Shown: positions 1-8,112, counted from the stretch's first letter. The stretch is DNA of 8,112 nt from Azolla caroliniana (GCA_043228905.1 JBHGNT010001460.1:1-8112), one strand, 5' to 3'. The notes: generated by a model from the letters alone, not told the origin. Program-made: numbers and translations.

Positions 1-144
1 GGCGTTTAAGTTAAAATGAAGAAGGGACTAAGAGAAGAATCACAATTTGACTTCAAAATTCAATGATTTAACAGAAATATTTTGGTCAGTAGTGACGATG
101 ACAGACAAGCTATACCTGAATAAGAAGGGAGGGACCTAAGCTCC

Positions 145-199
145 ATTTATATAGAGGTTCTGAGTCGGTGTCCTACTGTGCACGTGACGTGCATGCATG
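145..199 (-). promoter_or_regulatory. RY element + G-box/ACGT cores + TATA box; candidate core promoter directed toward the left edge
   Basis: CATGCATG at 192-199, CACGTG at 181-186, TGACGT at 185-190, and TATATAAAT on the minus strand at 153-145. Confidence 0.45.
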
Positions 200-774
200 C
201 TATATGCTCTTTTTGTTCATTTTTTGGCCTTCCGGAAGAAAATAGTAAGTCAGGAAGAAGAGGAGATTCTTGGCATGGCTGTATCCTCTGTTTTCTCCCC
301 AAACCCTCATTGTAAGGACATGCCACCAAGTTCTTATTCTTCGGAAAACTATGCGAGAGCTCAGGATTCCATTGCGAAAATGATTTCTGGCCATCCGAGT
401 TGACAATATTTAAGAACTTACTACACGAATTTTAAATGTGATACTAGTCGAGGGATTTCGATTTTTCGTTTGCACATATGTTAAATGATTTAATGGCCTG
501 TCCATTTCTCAAATTAAGTGCTTGCCGTATATTACAAGACCTATGTTTATGTGACTGGCGACTTGCAATTTATGCAAACTAGTTCGAATGCTCTAGAACA
601 AAAAGCTAGCGATAATGTAGTGCAAAAATTACAATCATGATGTGTATAGGATAGGTTAGGTTACGTCTTGTTTTAGCATTCATAGAGAGGCCAATGTTGA
701 CCCATGGGATCTAAGTACACAAGTTTTCTTGATGTATGTCCCTTTCCAAAGAAGGGATGGGAAGGGGGGAATTC

Positions 775-1620
775 CAAGCCACATTACATTGTAGCCTAGG
801 GGCATGCATTGTCCGCATATGTTGACAAGTTAATTTGAGAAGGTTAGTGGGCGAATTGAAAAGTTAATTTGGTACATGGGCTATTTCGTAATGAAATTGG
901 TGCTTGCTAAGTACTCATAGGTACTAATGCAAAGCCTTATGCTGCTACTAGTGGCATTGATTTTCAATTATAAGGTTGTCACAAAGATTAGGTGATGCAA
1001 ATGAGCTATGAACATGTGCTATATTGGAAGACAAATTGGCGGTTTGCGGTATGTATTTCACACCACGTATGGGATGTTACTCAATTAGTTAAGTTGGTCA
1101 CCAATCATATAAGTAGATGTAATTTCATACCTTGCACATTGGGCACATTATCAGTTCATGATTATGCTCAAAATAGCATCTCTAATGTCCTCCACAATGA
1201 AAGAAGATCCATTTTAAGATGATTGTATCTAAGTAGTGTTTTTCTTTTGGTTTGACATGTAAAATTCACTCTCTAACTAAAGTCTTGTTCCTATCATCAC
1301 ACAAATATGGTATCACATCTCATTGATTGAAACTCAAGGCCAAGATGGCCCTCACACCAAGTGAAAATGGAATGTGATAAAGACATGTCCCTGAACACAA
1401 GTGATATGAATGTCCATAATGAAGAACATGAATAATTTGACACAATGATGGGGGTTCGAATACATTTTTGCACTAAATCTATCGGAGTTTAAATTTCCAG
1501 TACTTGAACTAGGAAAGGCTAAAAGAGAACATTTGTCGGGCCGCATTAGTATCCAAAAGGTAGATATAACATCTAACAATTCGAGTTGTTCCTTCAATTC
1601 TTTGTCTAAAGTTTCAATCT
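775..1620 (-). mobile_element. Degraded LINE (non-LTR retrotransposon) ORF2 / reverse-transcriptase N-terminal relic
   Basis: Minus-strand peptides occur in the expected order: SFIVEDIRDAILS (~1205-1167), DNVPNVQGMKLHLL (~1152-1111; like KAxDxxGxxxExL), NSPCTKL, and QINLSTYADNACP*ATM*CGL (~837-775; like LSxxAExxxxRAxxQAGF). Stops and frameshifts are present. The extension to 1620 (LELLDVISTFW...FSAKMY) is weaker. Confidence 0.5.
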
Positions 1621-1751
1621 TTGGCATGAAGCATGAGCAAGTGAATTTAGCAAAGTTATGTTATTTTCCTTTTTGTTCAACTCACTCCTATTTTTTGTAT
1701 GCATGTAGATGACCGTGGTTGATAGATAAAATTACACTACCAATTCCAGAT

Positions 1752-1820
1752 GGACATAGCTCATTTGGTAAGGTTGCCCAATGGAGACCAAGAGGTCATG
1801 GGTTGAACCCCCATACTCCA
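1752..1820 (+). mobile_element. tRNA-derived SINE-like head or tRNA pseudogene
   Basis: A-box-like TAGCTCATTTGG at 1757-1768. GAGGTC precedes a T-arm ATGGG(1798-1802)/CCCAT(1810-1814) with a 7-nt loop TTGAACC (degenerate B-box). The anticodon and acceptor stems do not pair properly. Confidence 0.6.
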
Positions 1821-1929
1821 CAGTGTCATCTAGTATAGTGAATTAAGTCGAGATATCTATGGAGTAATAGAGAGAGAAAATTGGATCTCAAACCTAAGGC
1901 GAGGCTAGTAGTGTATTAAGGTAATTATG

Positions 1930-1932
<3 letters not shown>

Positions 1933-1976
<44 letters not shown>
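1933..1976. repeat. (AG)22 microsatellite
   Basis: Perfect dinucleotide run read directly. Confidence 0.98.
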
Positions 1977-1981
<5 letters not shown>

Positions 1982-2699
1982 CACAAGAGTTAGAAAGTAT
2001 CTTCTTATCGCAAGTGGAAATAAGGCTATATGCCCAGTTTCCGAGTTTCCCAAATTTCAAAGTTTGTATTTTATCTCCACCTTTGCGAGCATCATATTCC
2101 ATAGTGTAGATTTGAAGCTATCAATCCAAAAGTGGCTAACCATTTTATAATAGGGACAATGTCCAAAGTCTCTAACATGTTCAAGATGAACCATGTGGTG
2201 TGAATGAAGACCACTATAGTTGATAGCTAATAAAGCAAAAGGCAAAAAATGTTATCATCTCAAACAAGGAATCCATCAATGGGTCATGCAACCATTGATT
2301 TTGTATGCTCGTGTTAATCAACCAACCTATAATACTTAATAGGAATTTGTGCCCTTAAAAATGTGCGTCATAAACCAACCAAGAACCCCATGATTGGATG
2401 CCACTTCTCATTTCGTAGTTGAGTCTTTGGGGCGCTTGTAGTAACTCACCAAAAGTGTAGATATTTACCTTTAATATTTGGCACACATGGTATTCAGGTA
2501 TGTGAATATACTTTAACATGCCTAAACAATACAAATTTGACTTGACTAAACTATATGTTCTACAAATACCTGGTTGTCAAGCACCATAGACATCGTGACA
2601 TTCACAAATAATGGTATCATGGAGTTACTTTGCTAGAGGAACTAATGTGCGTCCTTTATGGAGGAGAAAATCATCACCCAAGGAAATTGTATTGGTGAG

Positions 2700-2765
2700 G
2701 AGTTCAACTTGGGCATCGTCAACTTCTCATTATTCATTAACCCTCATACTTGGGGTTCAAATCCT
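2700..2765 (+). mobile_element. Second, more degraded tRNA-derived SINE-like head
   Basis: B-box match GGTTCAAATCC at 2754-2764 with A-box-like GAGTTCAACTTGG at 2700-2712, about 40 bp apart. Confidence 0.35.
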
Positions 2766-2810
2766 ATCAACTTAGTATGGTTGTAAATCCTATCAACTTA
2801 GTATGGTTGT
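2759..2810. repeat. Perfect 26-bp tandem duplication AAATCCTATCAACTTAGTATGGTTGT x2
   Basis: 2759-2784 is identical to 2785-2810. Confidence 0.97.
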
Positions 2811-3019
2811 ACACATGAACTCAAGTGAAGGATTTCATCAGAGAATCTTACTAAACCAACATACCTACACCCATTTCGTCTCTCCGTTTCTGTCTCTGTC
2901 TATGGCTTTTGATTGTCAAGCTCCCAATCTCCAACTTCTCATATAGCTAAGGCACACTCTCAAACATCACATCCGAGCTATGGGAGAGAGCCGCAAACTT
3001 ATCACACAGGTGAGTCCAA

Positions 3020-3028
3020 AAACCCTAA
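3020..3028 (+). promoter_or_regulatory. Telo-box (AAACCCTAA)
   Basis: Exact motif 10 nt inside the predicted leader intron; function not shown. Confidence 0.35.
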
Positions 3029-3188
3029 ACTCATAATGTGTGGCACTTGAGCCTCATCTCGTGGAGCCTTTCTACACATTTCTAACTTCAGTTGTAATTT
3101 GTCACACCTTTGGCCTCTCAATAGTTTTCTCTCTCTTTTCACCTTATAAGTTAAGTGTTGTGATACAAAATCACTACCAGAATACACC

Positions 3189-3214
3189 TCTCTCTCTCTC
3201 TCTCTCTCTCTCTC
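3189..3214. repeat. (TC)13 microsatellite
   Basis: Read directly; lies within the predicted intron. Confidence 0.97.
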
Positions 3215-3255
3215 CAATGGTCACACCTCAGCCTCATATCTTATACTTTGGCTAA

Positions 3256-3276
3256 TCTCTCTCTCTCTCTCTCTCT
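3256..3276. repeat. (TC)10 microsatellite, probable polypyrimidine tract
   Basis: Read directly; lies between CTAAT and GACAG. Confidence 0.95.
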
Positions 3277-3298
3277 GACAGAGAAGATTGTAGAGTCC

Positions 3299-3967
3299 AT
3301 GAGCAGTATGATGCTCAGCCATGGAACCTGGCTCTGCAAACTCCCTCTACCATCGTCGTCATCATCATCATCCTATGCCTCTGCATTATATTCATGGCTC
3401 CCCTGTTCTCCACGGATCGCACCCATCGTAGCTAGGGCTGTAAAACAGAACCCGAAAGGGTTCGGGCCGGTCGCAGATCAACAATCACCATCAAAAGCCC
3501 CTCTCAAGAGGAAGAAGAAGAAAAAGGGTGGGGGGAAGGCCACATTCTCAACAGATGAAGAGGATTACGATGACGAATGGGACGATGAAGAAGAAGAAGA
3601 AGAAGAAGAAGAAGAGGCGGACCCGGACGAGGATGTGGTTCCGGAGGTGGTAACGAATCGGATGCTGAAGAGGATTGGGTATGGGGTGGGCATCCCTCTA
3701 GGGTTAGGGTTACTGTTCTTCCCTATCTTCTGGTACCTCAAGGTGGGCTTGAAGGTGGATGTGCCAGAGTGGTTGCCCCTACTGGTCTCTGGCCTCTTCT
3801 TTGGGAGCTCTGGCTTTGGCATCACTTATGGTATTGTGTCCACCAGCTGGGACCCTAAACGTGAAGGCTCCCTCCTTGGCTGGACAGAAGCCCAGGCCAA
3901 TTGGCCCCTCTTCTTCAACAACTTGCAAGGCCAAAAGACCAAGAAGACCAAGAAGACCAAGCTGTAA
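3299..3967 (+). CDS. PAM68: PAM68 (PHOTOSYNTHESIS AFFECTED MUTANT 68) / DUF3464 family thylakoid membrane PSII assembly factor, 222 aa
   Basis: The C-terminal half carries the family signature VPEVVTNRMLKRIGYGVGIPLGLGLLFFPIFWYLKV...VDVPEWLP...FFGSSGFGITYGIVSTSWDPKREGSLLGWTEAQANWP with two hydrophobic helices. It is preceded by a KGFG motif and an acidic D/E tract. The Ser-rich N-terminus lacks acidic residues and fits a chloroplast transit peptide. The ORF-track start at 3248 is TTG, so the first in-frame ATG (3299) is used. Stop is TAA 3965-3967. Confidence 0.93.
   Translation: MSSMMLSHGTWLCKLPLPSSSSSSSYASALYSWLPCSPRIAPIVARAVKQNPKGFGPVADQQSPSKAPLKRKKKKKGGGKATFSTDEEDYDDEWDDEEEEEEEEEEADPDEDVVPEVVTNRMLKRIGYGVGIPLGLGLLFFPIFWYLKVGLKVDVPEWLPLLVSGLFFGSSGFGITYGIVSTSWDPKREGSLLGWTEAQANWPLFFNNLQGQKTKKTKKTKL
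3587..3613 (+). repeat. (GAA)9 coding microsatellite, part of a Glu10 run
   Basis: In-frame perfect trinucleotide repeat followed by GAG. Confidence 0.97.
3935..3961 (+). repeat. (AAGACCAAG)3 coding repeat giving the KTKKTKKTK tail
   Basis: Three perfect 9-bp units just before CTG TAA. Confidence 0.95.
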
Positions 3968-4992
3968 ATGATTTCCTCGCTAGAGCTGCCGAAATCTCGA
4001 TCCTTGATGATTCTAACCAGAAGCAAAACATACATTTTTTACATTGTTATGCTCCTTTTTTAGTAATGGATTATTACATACACACTACCACCATAACCTT
4101 GTTGTTGCTGTTGTTGTTTGTACCTGTTTTCCATTTTCTTTGGAAATTTCATTGAATCATGATATGCTATCTATCCATAGAAAAGCATACATATGATTTG
4201 AGTTGAACATGGTGAGTTAAGGGATTTGCTTATGGGCTTAAAAGTAAGAAGAGTAGTAGGCTTGCCCCTTAGCTATTGGAAATCCGCTTGTCACTTCCCA
4301 TCAAACTTTCTGAGGATGGAAGAAGCTACTATGTAGACACCCACACATGCACACATTGTTCATTCTCTTTTATAGATATTGATTACATATTATTGGTGTG
4401 GAGCTTCTCTCTCCTTCTCCTTCTTTTATATTCATATTGCTTGTGGTTCAGTGTGCCATTCTCGTTGCTTCTTACTTAGTCTTGGTTTTGGGCTTTGGTA
4501 ATGTTGGAATGATGAGGTTTGATAGTTATGGATCATTGCCATTAGAGTAAAGTCTCTTCAACTATATGAAAGGAAAGAAGAAAGCTGCCATATATGTACA
4601 TAAACTATTAATTCTCCTCAATGGATGCATCATGCCCTTATGAAGAAAGGAAGGAAACTCAACCCCCCCCTTGCATAATAATGCGATTCTTGAAGTTTAT
4701 GTGTACTAGTTTTTCCTTTTTGGCACAATTACTGAGTTTTGATAATGTTATATGAACATATACAAACTTCCACATTATTATGTGACCATAATAAACCCAA
4801 TGTCTGTAGGATGGCCTCTTCGTTCAACCAATTCTTGATTGGGTGGTCTTGGTATTTTTCATTGGCTCTAGGCTCATTAGCTATTGAACTCTCTTTGCAA
4901 TTTCGGTGCTTATGGTCTCACTGACCCATTAGCTCTTACTTAAGGTGGCATTTGCAATATATACTGCCAATAACGTGGCCTTTATGCTCATA

Positions 4993-5040
4993 ATAGCTTC
5001 ACATAACTTCCCATTATTTGGACATAGCTTCACATAACTT
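4993..5040. repeat. 17-bp direct repeat ATAGCTTCACATAACTT with 14-bp spacer
   Basis: Identical copies at 4993-5009 and 5024-5040. Confidence 0.92.
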
Positions 5041-5104
5041 TATTAAGAAGAAGAGGAAGAGTTCAGCTAGGGTAAGGAGCTAAAACACTCAAACACTTAA
5101 TACA

Positions 5105-5490
5105 CATTGACCCATCAAGTACACCATTGTGGAGACCACTAGCATCCAAAAAGCCCACTTTTCTTATATTGGGGATTCTTCCTTTCCACTATGACATTTT
5201 CTTGTGGTACGAATCTACATGTAAAAGTCAGCATTGGATCCCTACCCTCTAGAGGAATTTTAGTGGCATGAGAGATCAATTGTATGTGATAACATGGATG
5301 TAAACATATCTGAAAAATATTCTCTTCACCACCATACCTGATGTAATGGATCTTCCACCCAATCTCATTATCCACCAATCTTTTGAATGGCAATAGTGCG
5401 TGAATACTTCATACTTCAATTAAGTATGCTATACCTACGCGTGGCAGGCAATAGTGATCATCGAGGAAATTGATATATTCAGTAGCATCA
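5105..5490 (-). mobile_element. Ty1/copia integrase (rve) core relic, frameshifted
   Basis: Collinear motifs: EYINFLDDH (YxxxFIDD), FKRLVDNEIGWKIHYIR (FKxLVENETGxKIKxLR), EYFSDMFTS in a shifted frame (GEYFSxEF), FTCRFVPQENVIVERKN (FTCxYTPQQNGVAERKN) and FWMLVVSTMVYLM (FWAEAVSTAVYLxNR). Confidence 0.88.
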
Positions 5491-6289
5491 CTCTTCTTTT
5501 TGTGACATCCCACCCCACCCCTCATGGCATAGTTTCCCTTGGTTTGTGTTGATGAGACTTCCCATGTTTCCAGAGTTCCCTCTTCCACTTGTGGTCATCA
5601 TCGATAGAAATACTCGTGTTGCATTAGTGTGAACTTTGACACATTGCAAGCGTGATTGTTGATGGCAAGCATCTCTTTTCCAGATTGTCGATGCATCTGT
5701 CGGACAATTTGTGGACTATTATCCAACGGACTATTGATTGTACGTAGCCCAACGTGTGGTCTAGCATACATGTGGATACATGGTGGAGATAATCTAGTCG
5801 CCATCGTCCTGAATACAAAGAACACGTTCCATTTGTGACAAGGGTAGGCACATGTTTTGACACGATTGCATTCACACATAAGGTTGTGGTTGAGGTTAAC
5901 TTGTGAATGGGGTTTGGGAAAAAAGTTGGTTGGTATAAAACACTCAAGTTATATGTTGTGACACAATAAGCAAACACCCACATAAGGACTAGTAAATAGA
6001 AGACTGCCCATGAGCCATGCTTACAACATATATCTATGAGGGAATGTGACCAACATATATTAAGTTTTCCTATGTGCCGTATTAGGTGATTTATTCAAAT
6101 TGTGTATATAATGTCTTCTTCACCACTCTACCTATATTATTCTTCAATTACATGGTGCTCATTTTGTGATGTCTCTTTGTGAATTTTACTCCCACTCAAC
6201 AACTTGACTCTTAACCAATCCACCAAGTAAACAATAGGTAACTTTTTTTAACTCCCAATATGACATGTTTGAATTTCGTTCTTCTTATC

Positions 6290-7130
6290 TGCAAGATTTC
6301 TTCTTTCTTTGAACAAGCCCATCAAGTGCGGAGTAAAGCAAGGGTATATATTTGAAGCTCATTATTTCGTTTGATAAACAAAAAGTAAAGTAGAGTTTGA
6401 ACATCATGAAGGTTGTGTGTATGAAATTATTTAGTTCACATGAAACAACCAAATATATTCATTTGCTATTTTTCATCAAACTTCCAAAAAAATATTTGAT
6501 AGGTATGAGGGCTTTGCATGAGCTCACATGCTACAATTTATATAAAATTAAGTAAAATGTTTTGCCATCTTCAACACAAACTGTACGACAAAATATTTGT
6601 TGAATCTAGTCGCTTGATATTTCCCTATCTTCAACTAAGACCTCGATCGTAGCTTGTAGCCTCTGTATCCTTGATATGACTAAATAAGAATCATTTTGAT
6701 TGATCAACAATACGAAAGGCTAAAGATAAGTCCAATCACGCAAACTTTTTGCAAAAGTGATTTCTATTCGGTTTAATGGTTGATGATAAAGCTTTCTCTA
6801 CCATAAAGATACACACCACTTCTTCTTTTTTGTTCTATATGCTTTATGCACCGTAAGTTTATAGATTTCCGTCTTAGTCCCACAATATAATAATACCATG
6901 TTGTAGAAGTTCATTTTAGCAATGTCAAATGCTAAAATGCAATACGACATCTTAAAAGAGATATTACTCTACATTAATCAACATCGTCAATGCTCTTGTT
7001 AGCATAACAAGAATAGTGTCTATTTTTGTCAGGACACCCGCATTGCCAATGTCTTTATTCTAAATGACACTTCAATAGATGGTAACAAACCACAAACACA
7101 TTTCTTACAAGTGTTGCTGGTCTCAATTAG
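6290..7130 (-). mobile_element. Highly degraded copia protease / GAG-pre-integrase / integrase relic
   Basis: Weak motifs in the correct order: LIETSNTC (xIDSGATxH), IGNAGVLTKIDTILVML, ELLQHG, RRSGVY, FSHI..IQRLQ...LVED, CRTVCVEDGK (CxxCxxGK), EYIWLFHV..TFMMFK, YSALDGLVQRK (YTPQQNGxxERK). Many stops and frameshifts. Confidence 0.4.
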
Positions 7131-7630
7131 TGGGAAATGTTAATGTTTTCTTTTGACAAATATTGATGATATTTCTTCAACATCACATGGTTTTTAGTGT
7201 TATAGATTTATGGAATTTGGTCTCTGGCTAGAGTTCTCTAGCCTCCAACATTGTAATGTTGTCCAAATTTAAAAAAAAGATGTATTCACCTTCTTTTTTG
7301 TTTGTTCGAATTGTTGCATGTGACTTAATGTGTTTGAAGAATGAGAATGGCGTTATTGAAAATGATGCACTTAAAATGTTTAAGTGTACCCAAATTTTCG
7401 ACACGTTTATCTTAAACAACATGTGTACCTTCACATCAGACATCAAGGAGCTTGATGTTTTCATGTCACGTGGATGCCCCATATGTTTCTTACAATCGCA
7501 AACATGTACGAAAGGTGACATTCATAAATTCCAAGTGGTGTGGCAATAGTTTTAGAAGCTTGGAGGGTTTTGTCTTTTTACTCGATACACATTTGCCTTC
7601 CACAAGGCGACGATATTGGTGCCAAACCTT

Positions 7631-7642
7631 GGGGGGGGGGGG
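7631..7642. repeat. G12 homopolymer
   Basis: Read directly. Confidence 0.95.
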
Positions 7643-7850
7643 ATGTGCAAGCCATTTCCGAGTTAGAAGAAGTGTGGGTTGGTGAATATGGGCCGAGCTT
7701 AGTGCATCAATATGAATACGATGCGATATGCAATGATAAAAATTCGGGGTTTTTGGATGGGCGGGCGGACATTTGGTGAGATTGGAGGATGATAAGCAGC
7801 AAGTGCCCCTTGAGTGATGAGACAAAGATAAGCTTACCACATACATTCAT

Positions 7851-7868
7851 ACACACACACACACACAC
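7851..7868. repeat. (AC)9 microsatellite
   Basis: Read directly. Confidence 0.95.
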
Positions 7869-7882
7869 GCAGATATAGCAAG

Positions 7883-8112
7883 TAGGAATCGGCAACGGCT
7901 CGGCTCAAGCCTAAACCGTTTAGATAAACCGGTTTAGACCGGTTTGGCGGTTTGGCGGCTCGGCTCGACTCGGCTTAGGTTTGAGTCGGGTTAAACGGTT
8001 TGAGCTCGGCTCGGCTCGGCTCAAGTTGTGCTAAACCGGCTCAAACCGGCTAAGCCGATTATTAAAATTAGGTCACAGTAAAAGTTAAAACACTTAAAAA
8101 GTTAAAACACTT
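7883..8112. mobile_element. Terminus of a hAT-superfamily DNA transposon or MITE, continuing past the window edge
   Basis: Starts TAGGAATCGGCAACGG, similar to TAGGG.. hAT TIRs. About 170 bp of dense GGCTC/GAGCC and AAACCG/CGGTTT motifs follow in both orientations, including AAACGG at 7993-7998. The preceding 8-mer ATAGCAAG (7875-7882) fits the nTnnnnAn target pattern. No transposase or second TIR is in the window. Confidence 0.72.
8080..8112. repeat. 17-bp-period tandem repeat AAAAGTTAAAACACTT x2
   Basis: 8080-8095 is identical to 8097-8112; may continue beyond the window. Confidence 0.9.

Larger units (their letters stand above)
3010..3281 (+). other. Putative 5' leader intron of PAM68 (272 bp, GT-AG)
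   Basis: Donor CAG|GTGAGT at 3009/3010, branch-point match CTAAT at 3252-3256, (TC)10 polypyrimidine tract at 3256-3276, and acceptor GACAG| at 3281, 17 nt before the ATG. Confidence 0.7.
2980..3293 (+). promoter_or_regulatory. Putative intron-spanning uORF MGESRKLITQ|RRL* (join 2980-3009, 3282-3293)
   Basis: ATG at 2980 in good context (gctATGG) gives exactly 10 codons to the donor. After splicing it reads AGA AGA TTG TAG and stops 5 nt before the PAM68 ATG. Requires a transcription start upstream of 2980. Confidence 0.45.

Noticed and set aside
1308-1315. TGGTATCA tRNA-Met PBS-like 8-mer (another at 2612-2619)
   Set aside because: The match stops before GAGC, and no LTR or downstream gag is evident.
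1752-1820. Functional tRNA gene
   Set aside because: The T-loop lacks the invariant TTC, and the acceptor and anticodon stems are not properly paired.
1905-2109. RE/SL-repeat ORFs (also 3002-3255)
   Set aside because: Translations of (AG)n/(TC)n microsatellites.
2060-2140. Minus-strand peptide FKSTLWNMMLAKVE faintly like a LINE C-terminal region
   Set aside because: Single weak motif, and upstream of rather than downstream of the LINE RT relic.
2759-2810. CRISPR-like reading of the 26-bp repeat (and of the 17-bp repeats elsewhere)
   Set aside because: Only two copies each, no spacer series, no cas genes, eukaryotic context.
3248-3298. ORF-track N-terminal extension MANLSLSLSLTEKIVES
   Set aside because: Starts at TTG and runs through a (TC)n tract inside the predicted intron; not a credible eukaryotic start.
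3565-4155. Overlapping or antisense ORFs 3565-3825, 3759-3971, 3826-4035 and 3901-4155
   Set aside because: Shadow frames of the PAM68 CDS and its repeats, with no recognisable domains.
4209-4217. Splice-donor-like ATG|GTGAGT downstream of the PAM68 stop
   Set aside because: The CDS is already complete and I found no clearly paired acceptor; likely chance.
6912-6939. 10-bp-stem hairpin CATTTTAGCA-N8-TGCTAAAATG
   Set aside because: Short and AT-rich, inside a TE relic, too small for a miRNA precursor, and not followed by a Helitron CTRR end.
7795-7845. Possible copia pol end and PPT on the minus strand (CGKLIFVSSLKGH; CTCAAGGGGCAC)
   Set aside because: Too short to support; no RNase H motifs or paired LTR found.
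7228-7895. Cluster of 60-118 aa ORFs on both strands, considered as a novel small-protein system
   Set aside because: Mutually overlapping, no recognisable domains, one spans a G12 run; better explained as decayed repeat DNA.

Overview
Eukaryotic land-plant genomic DNA. The transposon peptides look fern-like, which is an inference only. There is one clear protein-coding gene, a PAM68/DUF3464-family photosystem II assembly factor (+, ATG 3299 to TAA 3967, 222 aa, uninterrupted CDS). It is preceded by a well-supported leader intron (3010-3281), and a short upstream ORF spans that intron. The flanks are mostly degraded transposons: a LINE reverse-transcriptase relic (~775-1620, -), two tRNA-derived SINE-like heads (~1752 and ~2700), Ty1/copia relics (~5105-5490 and probably ~6290-7130, -) and the CpG-rich terminus of a hAT-like element (7883 onward). 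There are several microsatellites and a compact RY/G-box/TATA module facing left out of the window. I see no convincing new multi-gene system; the best leads are regulatory. The other ORFs in the track appear to be chance ORFs or transposon fragments. All protein assignments come from recalled motifs, not database searches.
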